Virus record (IMG/VR): IMGVR_UViG_3300032306_000439
Location: 1-64,000 of that record
Length of the DNA stretch: 64,000 bases
DNA from: a virus
Taxonomy: Duplodnaviria; Caudoviricetes
Reading direction: 5' to 3' (one strand)
Shown here: in pieces, positions 19,388 through 29,514 of the stretch
How positions within the stretch are numbered: the first letter of the stretch is position 1
How the letters are laid out: every line of letters starts with the position of its first letter
The notes under the pieces: model-generated
Databases searched by the model: none
Told to the model about the DNA's origin: nothing
Seen by the model: the letters and a program-made list of their open reading frames with translations, nothing else
Made by a program: the position numbers and the translations under genes

Positions 19388-22300
19388 TTAGGCCTTGGGA
19401 CCCGACTTGGCAAGTCTTACCTTCTCTCCGAGACCCACCTGGCCCTTCTCGTAGGCCGACAAAGCTTCGTTAACGTCCTTAAAGTCCTTGGTTTTCCCGT
19501 CTTTCTTACCGGCCTTAGAGGCCAGATAAACTCCTACGATTGCTTCATGGCCCGGGAACACCTGTAGTGAGTCCTGAGTCCTCTCGCCCATCAGGTTTTT
19601 TGACACCAACATGTTACGAGCGTCCTTTACGGCGTCCGCAGACGCGGGTACGTGTAGCTGCAGGGCGTCTCCGTCGTAGTCCAAGTTCATTCCCTCCTCG
19701 ATAAAGGGGTTCACCTTTACAGTTTTGCCGGGTATCAGCTTGGGGAATGCGGCCACGATGTTGTACTTGTGCAGCGAAGGGGCTCTATTTAGGAGTATTG
19801 GCCTCTCAGCAGTCTCAGCCAGCAGGGCTGTTCTAGCGGTTGGGTGCTTCTCTTCTATCATCTGCTTGGCCCTGACAGCCGGCTGCCCCGCTTTTACGAG
19901 CCTCTTCATTACGAAAGGCTTGTATGTGGACCAAGCCATGTCCTCTGGTATGCCGACCTCGTCCAGACCTAGGCTAGGATCGGGCGCTGCAGTGCCTCTG
20001 GCGGATAGATCAAGCCTGTTAGCAATGACCTTGCCGTTGAAAAATCCTGTCTTGGTGCCGACTACAGTGGTCAGAAGGCCCTTTTTACCAGTCTCGGCCG
20101 CCTTAGTGGACACCGGGTCGTTCATTCCTATGACTGCTCCGACTGCCTGAGACATGTGCTTGCGCAGATCAGCCACGTCCTCGTCAGGCATGTCCAGGTC
20201 TCTGGCCTCTTTTAACTTGTCTCGGGCTATTATGGCGTCCTTATACAGGTGATTTACGTCTGCTACCAGCATATCTCCCCTAGGTCCAGGCACTACAGGC
20301 CTGAACTGAGGGGGTAGAACAGGCAATTTTGACAGTGTCCACGCCTTATCAGGGGTCAAACCCTGCTTATCTAGGGCTTCTAGCGACTTTATCTGCTTTA
20401 CTACGTTGTCTTGCGCCGCTCCAGCAGGCATCTTATCCACCTGACGGCGCAAATCCTTAGCCATTTTGCCCGGATCTATGTCAGACAGCAGCCTTTTTAT
20501 GTGTGCTCCGCCCTTTTCAGCCTGCAATTCCTCTAATTTATTGCCTGTCATACCCAAAACGCGCTTAACGCTGTCCTGGAATACAGGGTGTACTATTGGC
20601 TCAGGCAGGTCTATGTGAGTCCATTTAGTTCCGTTAAGGCCCCCAGTGCGAGCCTCGTCGAACAATCCGCCCTTTTCCGCCTTCAAATCCTTGGCGGTAA
20701 CCATCTTGGCGTTGTCTATTGACCCTGCGGACACCTTTTTAATCTCGTCATCGGTCAATGGAGCTAAAGAAAAGAAGTCTCCATCTCTCTTCACCTTCAT
20801 TCCAGAGGCCTGAAGCAGGCCAGTGAACTTGTCGTAGGCGAAAGAGTTCTTAGGTGCAGGGGTAGGAAGGCCTAACTGAACAGCTTTCCAGTACTCAGTG
20901 TTACGAGTTCCCTTTACTACGGCGTTCTCTTTGAGCGTATCTCGAGCGTTGTAGGCAAGAAGAGCATTGATTTCCATACGTCCGGTGCCTTTTGCACCCT
21001 CCGTACCGCCCTTCGAGGGCTGCTGGTTGATATCATAGCCCTCGTTTATGCCTCTGGCAGAGTAGTTAGTGTCGGTAGACTTGAACAGCTTGTAGGTATA
21101 CTGAGGCCCTACGAAGATATTTGGTATCTCCTTGCCAGTAACTGGGTCTACTAGGGTCTCTTTGTCCTGGACACCATGCTGCTTGAGCAGGTCTTTTACG
21201 TACTTTACGTTGTCTCTCTTGGCAAAATTGGCCACAGCTATGGGCTTGCCTGTCTTCTGGGCTACTTTACCTACCGCAGTCTCTAGAATCTGCGCGGGGT
21301 TAATACGAGACAAGACGCCAGTAGAGGTCCAAAGAACGTCCATAACCTTTCCGTCTTTGGTACGGAGCATCTCTTCGTCAGGTAGTATCTTAGAAACTAC
21401 TCCCTTACCTCCGTGCCTGTTAGACATCTTGTCGCCAATTCCCATTGGCTCTTCCGACTTAACAGTGACAGCTACTCTGCCATTCGTATTAACTACGTCT
21501 ATGACTTTACCAGGCACGTCCTTGTCCCATACAAGAGAGTCGTCGCTGAACGCCCTCCTCAGGGACTTATGGATACGGCCAAACATCTGGCTCTCAGTAC
21601 TAGGAGCTGACTTCCTAACAACTGTGGCTATAGGGTCTCCCGGATTAAGTATCATCCCTGGCTTTACTACACCGTTGTCCAGCTTCTCGTACTGGTCCTT
21701 AGTGAAGGCCCTAGGGAACTGGGCCTGGTGCTTCTTCTGATCCAAGAAAGACTCGTCGTCTATCTCAGTTATCTTCTTGTACATGTGCTTGCTAGTTAAC
21801 TTCTTAGCGGCACTCTCTGATATAACTACGGCGTCGTTAGAATTGTAACCGTGGTAAGCCACGTAGGCTACGTTAAGGTTCTTACCTAACGCTAGAGCCC
21901 CGTCCCTAGTGAAGTTAGAGTCGGCCATCTTCTGGCCCTCTTTGACCTTGTCTCCTACCTTAACGTTCAGGTAGTGCTTGAGGTAGGTCTTAGAAGCCAG
22001 GGGCAGATAAGTAGCAAAGTCAGACTTGTGTATCTCACCGTCAGATCCTTTTACATGTATCTGATCCTTGGTGATCTTTACAACCTCGCCTGCCACCTTG
22101 GCCGTAGGCAGAATCTGGGAGGAGAACTGGCTCTCGTTAGAGTTGTCTCCATCTCCTCCCCTGCCTATCTCGGATTTGACTCTGACTAGAGGGGCCTCGT
22201 TGTTCTTAAGGGGAAGGGCTTGGGTAACGTGCTTTGACCCCATGATCAACCGGTTACCCTGATCGCTGTCCATGAAGGGTATCAGGTTGGTTCCGACACT

Positions 22301-23755
22301 GTATAGAGTCTCAGGGGCTATGATCTGGTAGTTAGCCTGACCCGCCTTTACCTTGCCGACCTTACCTTTGTTAAGTACGTCTACCCTGCCCTTGTCTACG
22401 TCCTGGTTGTGGAATGCTATGACCTCTTTGTCCAGCCTCTCCACAGGAACCATCTCCACGCTGGACTTCTTTATATTCCATAGTGGAGTATAGATCTTGC
22501 CATTCTCGTCTTTGTGGGCGGTGATGGCCGCCTTAACGTCTACGCCCGCGTGCGAAGACTCGGGAGTGGCAAAGGGATCCAAGATGCCCAATTGAGACGT
22601 GTCCACGTTACGGACGTCGCCTGGAATGGCGCGCTCGCTAGCGATACCGCCCTCTCCGAAACGAGTGACAGTCATAGCTCCGGCTAGCATCTCAGCCGGA
22701 TTTATCTGCCCTGGAGTAGTAGATAGCTGAGACATTGTCATGAATGTCTGAACAGCCGGAGTTAAAGAAGAGTGCGGCAGTACCTTGCTTACGCTCACGT
22801 CATTGGCAAGGTCTAGCTTTGACTTGTACTTCTTGGTTATCTCCCTGGACTTTAGAGACAGCCTTTCCTTAACGAAGTTCTCTACTGAGTGCATCGTCTG
22901 GAATTCCAAGCTGTCTCTATTGTCCTGCTCAGCCTCTCCCTTGTGTACCTTGAGCAGCTTCTGGCTAGCTGCTAGCAGGGCAGGAGCGTTCACCCTCTCA
23001 AACGGGGTACCTAGAGTTTTCTCAGTTGTTACGGCGTTAATCTTAGACGAGTCGAACACTTCATGTATGGCCTTAACTACCTCGTCCTTGCCCTGAGCCG
23101 TTCTCTTGTACTCAGGCAGTAGCTTCTCGTAGAGCTTATTTAAGTGATTGTCTCTCTTGGCATCAAAAGCTTCCTTGTTAAGGTCAGCAAGGCTACCTCC
23201 CCATGCCTTGGAAATATCATTGTGAGGCATGCCCATTCCGCGCAACACGGAATATAGAGGAATCTTGCTGGTTCCGTACTCCATTTGCAGATGGCCCTTC
23301 TCGGGGTCCATGCTGACTCTGAAGTTGGTGCCCTTCTCTAAGTTGAAGTTGGCCTCAAGGTCCCCGTTGCCACGCACGCGGGTGTACACCCCCGGCATTG
23401 TTCGTAGCTGATGCCTTACAGAGTACTCAGTACCGTTAACCACGAACGTATTCTGACCAGTAAAGTATGGCAGGCTCAGAACCGTGTGGTTCTTCTTCTG
23501 GTCTATTACCTTGCCTGTCTTGTCCCTAATTACAACGTCAGCTTTAACCGGCTCGGCTAACGTCTTGCCAGCCAATAGTGCTTCTTTGTGGTCAGTAGTG
23601 GTGAACTCTTTTTGATCCACCCTTACGTTGGTTACCTCAAGCTCCCTGTGGTCTCCGACAATCGGAAAGATGCTCTTGACGCCGTCAACAGCTGCTTGGC
23701 GGATTAGTTCCCGGCGCTGGTCCGGGGGCATAAACAGAGGCATTATCTTTGGCAT
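19388..23755 (-). CDS. rpoB: RNA polymerase beta subunit fused to the N-terminal (catalytic) half of beta'
   Basis: Beta motifs FVVNGTEY, LIPFMDSDQGNRLIMG, GYNSNDAVVIS, GDKMSNRHGGKGVV, then beta' motifs GGLFD...HIDLP, LPVLPPQFRP, LLNRAPSLH and catalytic NLDYDGD. Confidence 0.95.
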   Translation of the reverse strand: MPKIMPLFMPPDQRRELIRQAAVDGVKSIFPIVGDHRELEVTNVRVDQKEFTTTDHKEALLAGKTLAEPVKADVVIRDKTGKVIDQKKNHTVLSLPYFTGQNTFVVNGTEYSVRHQLRTMPGVYTRVRGNGDLEANFNLEKGTNFRVSMDPEKGHLQMEYGTSKIPLYSVLRGMGMPHNDISKAWGGSLADLNKEAFDAKRDNHLNKLYEKLLPEYKRTAQGKDEVVKAIHEVFDSSKINAVTTEKTLGTPFERVNAPALLAASQKLLKVHKGEAEQDNRDSLEFQTMHSVENFVKERLSLKSREITKKYKSKLDLANDVSVSKVLPHSSLTPAVQTFMTMSQLSTTPGQINPAEMLAGAMTVTRFGEGGIASERAIPGDVRNVDTSQLGILDPFATPESSHAGVDVKAAITAHKDENGKIYTPLWNIKKSSVEMVPVERLDKEVIAFHNQDVDKGRVDVLNKGKVGKVKAGQANYQIIAPETLYSVGTNLIPFMDSDQGNRLIMGSKHVTQALPLKNNEAPLVRVKSEIGRGGDGDNSNESQFSSQILPTAKVAGEVVKITKDQIHVKGSDGEIHKSDFATYLPLASKTYLKHYLNVKVGDKVKEGQKMADSNFTRDGALALGKNLNVAYVAYHGYNSNDAVVISESAAKKLTSKHMYKKITEIDDESFLDQKKHQAQFPRAFTKDQYEKLDNGVVKPGMILNPGDPIATVVRKSAPSTESQMFGRIHKSLRRAFSDDSLVWDKDVPGKVIDVVNTNGRVAVTVKSEEPMGIGDKMSNRHGGKGVVSKILPDEEMLRTKDGKVMDVLWTSTGVLSRINPAQILETAVGKVAQKTGKPIAVANFAKRDNVKYVKDLLKQHGVQDKETLVDPVTGKEIPNIFVGPQYTYKLFKSTDTNYSARGINEGYDINQQPSKGGTEGAKGTGRMEINALLAYNARDTLKENAVVKGTRNTEYWKAVQLGLPTPAPKNSFAYDKFTGLLQASGMKVKRDGDFFSLAPLTDDEIKKVSAGSIDNAKMVTAKDLKAEKGGLFDEARTGGLNGTKWTHIDLPEPIVHPVFQDSVKRVLGMTGNKLEELQAEKGGAHIKRLLSDIDPGKMAKDLRRQVDKMPAGAAQDNVVKQIKSLEALDKQGLTPDKAWTLSKLPVLPPQFRPVVPGPRGDMLVADVNHLYKDAIIARDKLKEARDLDMPDEDVADLRKHMSQAVGAVIGMNDPVSTKAAETGKKGLLTTVVGTKTGFFNGKVIANRLDLSARGTAAPDPSLGLDEVGIPEDMAWSTYKPFVMKRLVKAGQPAVRAKQMIEEKHPTARTALLAETAERPILLNRAPSLHKYNIVAAFPKLIPGKTVKVNPFIEEGMNLDYDGDALQLHVPASADAVKDARNMLVSKNLMGERTQDSLQVFPGHEAIVGVYLASKAGKKDGKTKDFKDVNEALSAYEKGQVGLGEKVRLAKSGPKA

Positions 23756-24021
23756 AGCGCTCTAAGCTTAGATTCATCTCCCGACATAATCTAGCCAAAA
23801 ATGGGCTACCGCAAAACGCGCAAATCGCGGGTTAATTTATGGCATAAGTAAGTAGCAAGGACATTAGCTCGCATTCCGCGACTAATGAAATTGCCGGCTG
23901 CCATAGCTGAAGATTCTAGGGATTCTTTTGTGAAAGGGTACGAGGTACCTCCCGCCAAAATCCGGGTAACACGAAGATCTCCTTAGGGTTCTAAGCGAAG
24001 GCATATTGCTAGGGGAATGTT

Positions 24022-24858
24022 GTGTCGAAGTTTGTCCAGAATGTGGTCCATCTCTACAACACCAACAACGGCAAGCTGTACATAAACGGCAAGCCCTACA
24101 ACAAGGCCGGGGCTCTCGTCTCGAGTATCGCCCTCGAGACGGCGGCCGTCGCCGTGGCCGTGGCCACCGTGGCCGTCGCGGCCGGGGTCTACGGCGTCAC
24201 CTACTTCCACGTCCGGAGCCTCCGGGGAGAGAAGGTGGTCCTGGGCAACCGGGCCTACGGCGAGGTCCAGGACACCGACTGGCGTCTCCGGATGAAGGTC
24301 GGCGGACAATGGCACAAGGACGACGTCAACAAGGCCTTCACCAAGAACGGAGAGGTCCTGGTCTTCTGCGACTCCTCCGTAGAGGCCGACCTGAGGGCGT
24401 CCTTGGACGCCTCGGGAAAAGCCTCGGGGGGCGCCTCCGACGACTCCTCCGGTGGTGCGGCTCCCCCGGCTGAACCTACGACGGAGGGCGGCAAGTCGGA
24501 GGGCAAGTCTGACGAGAAGTCTGACGAGAAGCCCAGGACGGCCCTGCAACTCCGGCACGAGTCGGAGGAGAACTTCGTCGCGACCGTGATGGCGGCGGAG
24601 GCGCTCGGCATCCCCGTCGAGCGGCCGTTCAAGGCTCTGCGGGACGTCTTCCTCGCGTTGTCCTGCGCGAGGGACGAGGAGGCTAAGCCGGAGGCGTTCG
24701 CCTCGCTCAACAAGGCCCGGGGCGAGGCCTTGAGAATGGTGTTCGCCATCGGATCCTCCTCCGTGCCCGAGGTGCAGGAGGCGTTCGTGGCCTACACGGT
24801 GGCGGCCGTGAAGGCGCGGGAGGAGAAGGAGAAGGGGAAGGCGGCCTCCGCAGCCTGA
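24022..24858 (+). CDS. Hypothetical protein, isolated plus-strand GC-rich gene
   Basis: 278 aa, nearly all codons end in G/C; AGGGG RBS before GTG. Confidence 0.75.
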   Translation: MSKFVQNVVHLYNTNNGKLYINGKPYNKAGALVSSIALETAAVAVAVATVAVAAGVYGVTYFHVRSLRGEKVVLGNRAYGEVQDTDWRLRMKVGGQWHKDDVNKAFTKNGEVLVFCDSSVEADLRASLDASGKASGGASDDSSGGAAPPAEPTTEGGKSEGKSDEKSDEKPRTALQLRHESEENFVATVMAAEALGIPVERPFKALRDVFLALSCARDEEAKPEAFASLNKARGEALRMVFAIGSSSVPEVQEAFVAYTVAAVKAREEKEKGKAASAA

Positions 24859-25049
24859 CAGGTGCATGGCGGGCAACCTAGGATGGGTTGCTCAAGGGTA
24901 ACTGCCATGTACCTGCAGGCTGTGAGGTACCGGCCACTGCCGGAGGACATTGTTATGGAATTCTTCCCCTTCGAGATCCCTATCCGCCCCTCAAAGAACT
25001 GAGAGACGGGTAGAGGGCCTCGTGGAGGGATAGTAGAGCAACTGCTAGA

Positions 25050-25409
25050 CTATCCCTTCTTTTTAGCTGCCACAGGCACCATCCACTCTAGGTATACTTT
25101 AAAGTCCGCGCTGCCCTTGATATCGCAGACCTCCCTCTTACCTAGCACTATCTCTCCTGACAATCCCTTGTTAAGTATGTCCTCATAGTCAGAGTTGCCA
25201 GCGCTGTCTATCAGGAACACTCTAGCGTGAGCCTTGTAAGTAGGCTCTGCAGGCTCTCCCCCAGACTTGGACTTTGCTTTTTTATCTTTGAATAGCTCTG
25301 AGAAAGTCTCCACGGGCTCATCGGGGGTCTTTGGCATAGACCTAGGGCTGTCTAGGCCTGGGTCGCCTGCCATCTGAGACATGCTTACTATTGGGTCTTT
25401 ATCAATCAT
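25050..25409 (-). CDS. Hypothetical protein coupled to portal
   Basis: 119 aa; ATGA overlap with the portal stop. Confidence 0.7.
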   Translation of the reverse strand: MIDKDPIVSMSQMAGDPGLDSPRSMPKTPDEPVETFSELFKDKKAKSKSGGEPAEPTYKAHARVFLIDSAGNSDYEDILNKGLSGEIVLGKREVCDIKGSADFKVYLEWMVPVAAKKKG

Positions 25410-27154
25410 ACTGGGGGCGCTCCTGGGGGTGGCATCTGACCCTGCATCTGACCCTGCATCTGGGCCTTCATCTGAGCGTTCTGGTCAGTCTGTATCTGCT
25501 CTAGCCTCTGTATAACAACCGAGTACATGACGTAGTCTTCTGTCTGCAGGCTGTGTAGCTGAGACCTGCGCGAAGCTTCGTCCAGAGCAGCTAGCTGGTA
25601 CGCAGTCTGATCGGCCTGAGCTATAACCATCTGCTGGTCGTAGTTAAGCCCTGTTGGGACCTGACCCATCTGCGCTTGAGCCTTGGCCTGCTCGGCTATG
25701 CTGTTCTGCAGCTTCTCCTGCTCGGTTCCTATGTCACGCTGCATACGTATGTCAGCAAGCTGCTCCTCTTTCATTCTGTCTCTTTCAGTCATGAGATCAA
25801 TACCAAAAGTTTCAGCAACAGATGTCTTAGATATAACCCCACCTTGCCACAGCTGCATCATAAGCTGCTTCTGCTGTACGTCATCAACCATCTTAAAGTC
25901 GCCCAACTCTACGTCTATAGTCTCCCAGCTAAGATACTGGCCCACCTTGTTTGATACCCATTGCAGGAAGTTATTTAGCTGGAACACAGAAGTCTCTAGC
26001 TGGTTCTCTAGCATTCTTAGCGTGACGCTAGAGCCTGTGAACGACAGCCCGCCGTAGATAAACTCCTTGGGGAAGCCCATGGCTGCTATGATGCTGTCCT
26101 CGGCCTGAGATATCTCTTGGCTTACTAGCAGAGCCCGGCCGTCTCCGCTTATCTGTGACGTGGCTACAGCAACAGGGGCCATCATTATATGATTAGGGTC
26201 TCTGTTCCACTGCTTTAAGCTGTACTCCATGTCACTCATCCACTTCTGTACTGAGATGGTAGTGATTGGGTCAGCGTTACCTGAGGTAGCGGCGGGGTGT
26301 ATTATTCTCTTGGGTACTATTCTATCGAGAGCAATCGCCTCGTTGGCCCTTCTGAGGATAGCCGCATGGTAAAATAGGGGCATGCAGGCTACTAGCTGAG
26401 GGTACCCCCATCCGCTCTCTACGCCAGCTGGAGCGTCTGACTTCATGTGCCATATTTCACCAGGGGCGAACTTAAACCTCTCATCAGAGGCCACAGTCTC
26501 TAGAACGCTCATTGGGGTAGTCATACAGATATGCCTATCCCCGTTCTTTATCCTATCAGCTAGATCCTCAGGCAACTCTAAGAAATACTCGTACTCATTG
26601 GTGATAGGATTGTAAGAGATGTCCATCTTCTTAGGATCCCATCTGATGATGTGTATCCTCTTGGGATCTACTATCTTCTTGTCTTTTACCTCAAAGACAG
26701 ATGACTTCTCACAGTTAGGACATTTCCCATTGAACTTGACTTTGTCAGGGTCGTACTTGAAATCAACGTACTTAATGTCGTGAGCGGACGAGCAGTGCTC
26801 ACATACTAGAGTACGTTTGAACGGCAACTGAACAGAGCTGAACGAGTTACCGTATACCTGAAGGTCAAGAGACACTTTGATGCAGGCTCTCTTGGCTCCG
26901 AGAACCTTTTCAAGCACCATCTGGTACTTCTCTTTTAACTTCTGATTGTCAGTCTTGTAATTAATCTCAGTGATTGGGTACTCAGCGAACTTCTTAACCC
27001 CCGCGAATATCTGCGCGGAGTTGTAGTACAGGTACTCTACCCACTTGAATAGGTTCTTTAGATCCCTAGGAGTGTGGGCATGTGCCCATAGCCGCATCGG
27101 GTCTGCGTAGACATTGTCGCTCGGCCATATATTGTCGTCGATGCCCATCAACAT
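25406..27154 (-). CDS. Portal protein
   Basis: ~580 aa; QVYGNSF, IWHMK...GWGYP, IIAAMGFPKEFIYGG segments typical of portals; CEHC/CPNC insertion; Gln-rich tail. Confidence 0.8.
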   Translation of the reverse strand: MLMGIDDNIWPSDNVYADPMRLWAHAHTPRDLKNLFKWVEYLYYNSAQIFAGVKKFAEYPITEINYKTDNQKLKEKYQMVLEKVLGAKRACIKVSLDLQVYGNSFSSVQLPFKRTLVCEHCSSAHDIKYVDFKYDPDKVKFNGKCPNCEKSSVFEVKDKKIVDPKRIHIIRWDPKKMDISYNPITNEYEYFLELPEDLADRIKNGDRHICMTTPMSVLETVASDERFKFAPGEIWHMKSDAPAGVESGWGYPQLVACMPLFYHAAILRRANEAIALDRIVPKRIIHPAATSGNADPITTISVQKWMSDMEYSLKQWNRDPNHIMMAPVAVATSQISGDGRALLVSQEISQAEDSIIAAMGFPKEFIYGGLSFTGSSVTLRMLENQLETSVFQLNNFLQWVSNKVGQYLSWETIDVELGDFKMVDDVQQKQLMMQLWQGGVISKTSVAETFGIDLMTERDRMKEEQLADIRMQRDIGTEQEKLQNSIAEQAKAQAQMGQVPTGLNYDQQMVIAQADQTAYQLAALDEASRRSQLHSLQTEDYVMYSVVIQRLEQIQTDQNAQMKAQMQGQMQGQMPPPGAPPV

Positions 27155-27208
27155 GAAGCAAGTCCTGGGGAAATTGTGTTAGAAGAATATACACTTGCGG
27201 AGGTCTAG

Positions 27209-27529
27209 ATGGAAGAGAGTATTGACCTGGCAGATATTCTTTGCAACGTGCCAGAAGAAAAGCCGCTTTGCCCCTTGTGTGGCAAGGATGGTCTGGTGAT
27301 GTTCGGGGTGAGAAAGATAGATTTCGACCTAGAAAAGGGTTCGTCCCTGAGGCACACTCTCCGGATCCAGTGCGGCGAGTGCCGCAAGTACCTAGAGAGA
27401 GACTCCACGGAGATCGAGCTCGGTGGGTACGCCATCGTTGCAGAGGGAGAAGAAGAGAAAGTATGCAACTCAGCGCCAGAAGACGGGCCGGAGGATTTCC
27501 TGTCCTATATGTCAAACAAGCTGGGCTAG
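27209..27529 (+). CDS. Zinc-ribbon protein
   Basis: CPLC...CGEC; GGAGG RBS. Confidence 0.7.
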   Translation: MEESIDLADILCNVPEEKPLCPLCGKDGLVMFGVRKIDFDLEKGSSLRHTLRIQCGECRKYLERDSTEIELGGYAIVAEGEEEKVCNSAPEDGPEDFLSYMSNKLG

Positions 27530-29514
27530 ACCTTAGAAAGGTCTACGGGGCTGTTTTAGATGGTAAAACCGGATTTTGGATGTTTCCGGGTGCCAGACCC
27601 TTCCATACGCGTGTATTAAGGGATCTAAAACAGCTTCTTCCGGGGCTTACTATAAGCCCAGAGGCACAAGAAGTACTAGACGAGCAGGATGCCGCGTCCA
27701 CGTACATGCAGGATTGCAGCCTCGATGGCTTCGAGCCCGTGTTCAAGAACTACCAGCATCAGAACGAGGCTCTCAGCTCACTGATCTGGAACCCTAGATA
27801 CGGGCTGTTTTTAGGTCGTGGCCTTGGCAAGACCAAGATTATAATCGACCTGCTGTCCTACCTAAGGACTAAGAACCCTAACGCACGGGCGCTTATTCTA
27901 GCTCTTAGGGTAAACGTCTACACTTGGGTTGACGAGTTTGCCAAGTTCACCAACGGCTCTCTGGTATGTCTGCCCCTCAAGTCCACTGGGTCAGTGAGTT
28001 CAGTCCATAAGAACACTATGGACCAGGCCAAGAAAGACTTAGAGGAGCGAGTAGCCAAAGAGATACAGAGGAAGTACGGCACTCTTGGGCCTAATGCTAC
28101 TGAAGGAATGAAGAGGGCTAGGGAGCTGGCCTTCGATAAAGCCTTCAAGAGAGCCAAGAAGAACCTGCCGACTGCAGCCGGCCTGTCTAGACAAGACCGG
28201 TTTAAGAAGCAGCTAGAAGAAATAAACCCAGCGGCGGTGGTAGTTACTTACGAAACCGCCTCAGTGTCGCTGGACGCTCTACTCGAGTACGACTACGACA
28301 TCATCATTGCTGACGAGTCGCACAAGCTTAGGGGCCACAACAGCAAGATAACCAAGACGGCAATAGCTCTTGCTGACCGAGCAGAACGACGTGTTCTTGT
28401 GACCGGCACCGCCAACCTTGGCGACCCTTTGCATCTCTGGGGTCAGCTCAGGTTCTTGGGTAAGTTTGTTGTTCCAGACTTCTGGTCTTTCAAGAAGAGG
28501 CACGTTGTTACCTCTCCATGGAACTCCCACATAATAACTGGGTACCAGAACATCGACAAACTCAACAAGCTCGTCAGCAATCTGTCCATACAGAGAGAAG
28601 CTGAGGAGTGCTTAGACTTGCCGGACAGAGTATTCCAGAGAATAAACGTAGACCCAAACCCAGAGTTAAAAGAGGTCTACAACAATCTGGTCAAAGACAA
28701 AGAGCTGGCCTACAAGGACGTCTCAGTAAATATCCAGGATAGAATAGTTGAGCTAGGAAAGTTGGCCCAGCTATCTACGGGTTTCTTTTACCTGTCTAGG
28801 AAGAACCCGAATGTCTGCGACAACTGCAGCTTGCTGACGTTCTGCACCCAGAACGAAGTACAGCCCTACACCAAGGACTGTAAGGTAGTATCCAAAGATC
28901 CAGGCAACGATGTCTACTGGATAGGAGACTCCAGTCCGGTTATCGACGCCGTGAAAGAGCTGGTGCAGGACCATTTATCCGAGGGCAAGAAGGTAATAGT
29001 CTGGGCCAAGCACGTAGAAGTTCTGGACAGGCTGTACAGAGAGCTATCGTCTTTGTGCGACCCTGATGACTTTGTGGTCAGGTACGACAGCACTACGGAG
29101 AACCCTTCAGAAGCTGAGCGCCAGTTCAACGAGAACGAGAAGGCTAGAATCATCCTGGCCCAGATCTCGATGGGTATCGGGGTTACCTTCAAAGCACCGG
29201 TAATGGTGTACGCCGAGGTAGACTGGAGACTGGACTCCTGGCTGCAGAGCCTGGACCGTAACTTCGGCATACGAGCCAAGGGCTTCACCAAGCTTCTGGT
29301 GCAGACAGTGGCCATAAAAAATAGCCTCGCAGATTTCACCATGAAACTGTTAGAAGCTAAATATAATGTCGCTGATTTATTTCAGAGACGCCCTGACTGT
29401 GGCGGCTGCGACATGTCCTTTAACTGCTTCGGTAGCGGCATTGCCCCGTTTACACCGGGCTGCAAGTACACCTCTACTGCGGCCAAAACAACGATAAGGT
29501 CCTCCTCGATATGA
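27463..29514 (+). CDS. SNF2-family helicase
   Basis: YQHQ, GLGKT, IIADESH, VTGT, LWGQLRFL, KVIVW, QSLDR; start reassigned to MQLSARR because the earlier part overlaps the zinc-ribbon gene. Confidence 0.85.
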   Translation: MQLSARRRAGGFPVLYVKQAGLDLRKVYGAVLDGKTGFWMFPGARPFHTRVLRDLKQLLPGLTISPEAQEVLDEQDAASTYMQDCSLDGFEPVFKNYQHQNEALSSLIWNPRYGLFLGRGLGKTKIIIDLLSYLRTKNPNARALILALRVNVYTWVDEFAKFTNGSLVCLPLKSTGSVSSVHKNTMDQAKKDLEERVAKEIQRKYGTLGPNATEGMKRARELAFDKAFKRAKKNLPTAAGLSRQDRFKKQLEEINPAAVVVTYETASVSLDALLEYDYDIIIADESHKLRGHNSKITKTAIALADRAERRVLVTGTANLGDPLHLWGQLRFLGKFVVPDFWSFKKRHVVTSPWNSHIITGYQNIDKLNKLVSNLSIQREAEECLDLPDRVFQRINVDPNPELKEVYNNLVKDKELAYKDVSVNIQDRIVELGKLAQLSTGFFYLSRKNPNVCDNCSLLTFCTQNEVQPYTKDCKVVSKDPGNDVYWIGDSSPVIDAVKELVQDHLSEGKKVIVWAKHVEVLDRLYRELSSLCDPDDFVVRYDSTTENPSEAERQFNENEKARIILAQISMGIGVTFKAPVMVYAEVDWRLDSWLQSLDRNFGIRAKGFTKLLVQTVAIKNSLADFTMKLLEAKYNVADLFQRRPDCGGCDMSFNCFGSGIAPFTPGCKYTSTAAKTTIRSSSI

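Noticed and set aside
23983-24876. 297-aa minus-strand ORF and similar long antisense ORFs (2636-3172, 31034-31534, 48831-49532)
   Set aside because: Antisense mirrors of genes with G/C-rich third positions; no motifs.
27241-27462. Extended N-terminus of the SNF2 helicase
   Set aside because: Out-of-frame overlap with the zinc-ribbon gene, which has a good RBS; the sequence is Arg-rich and shadow-like.
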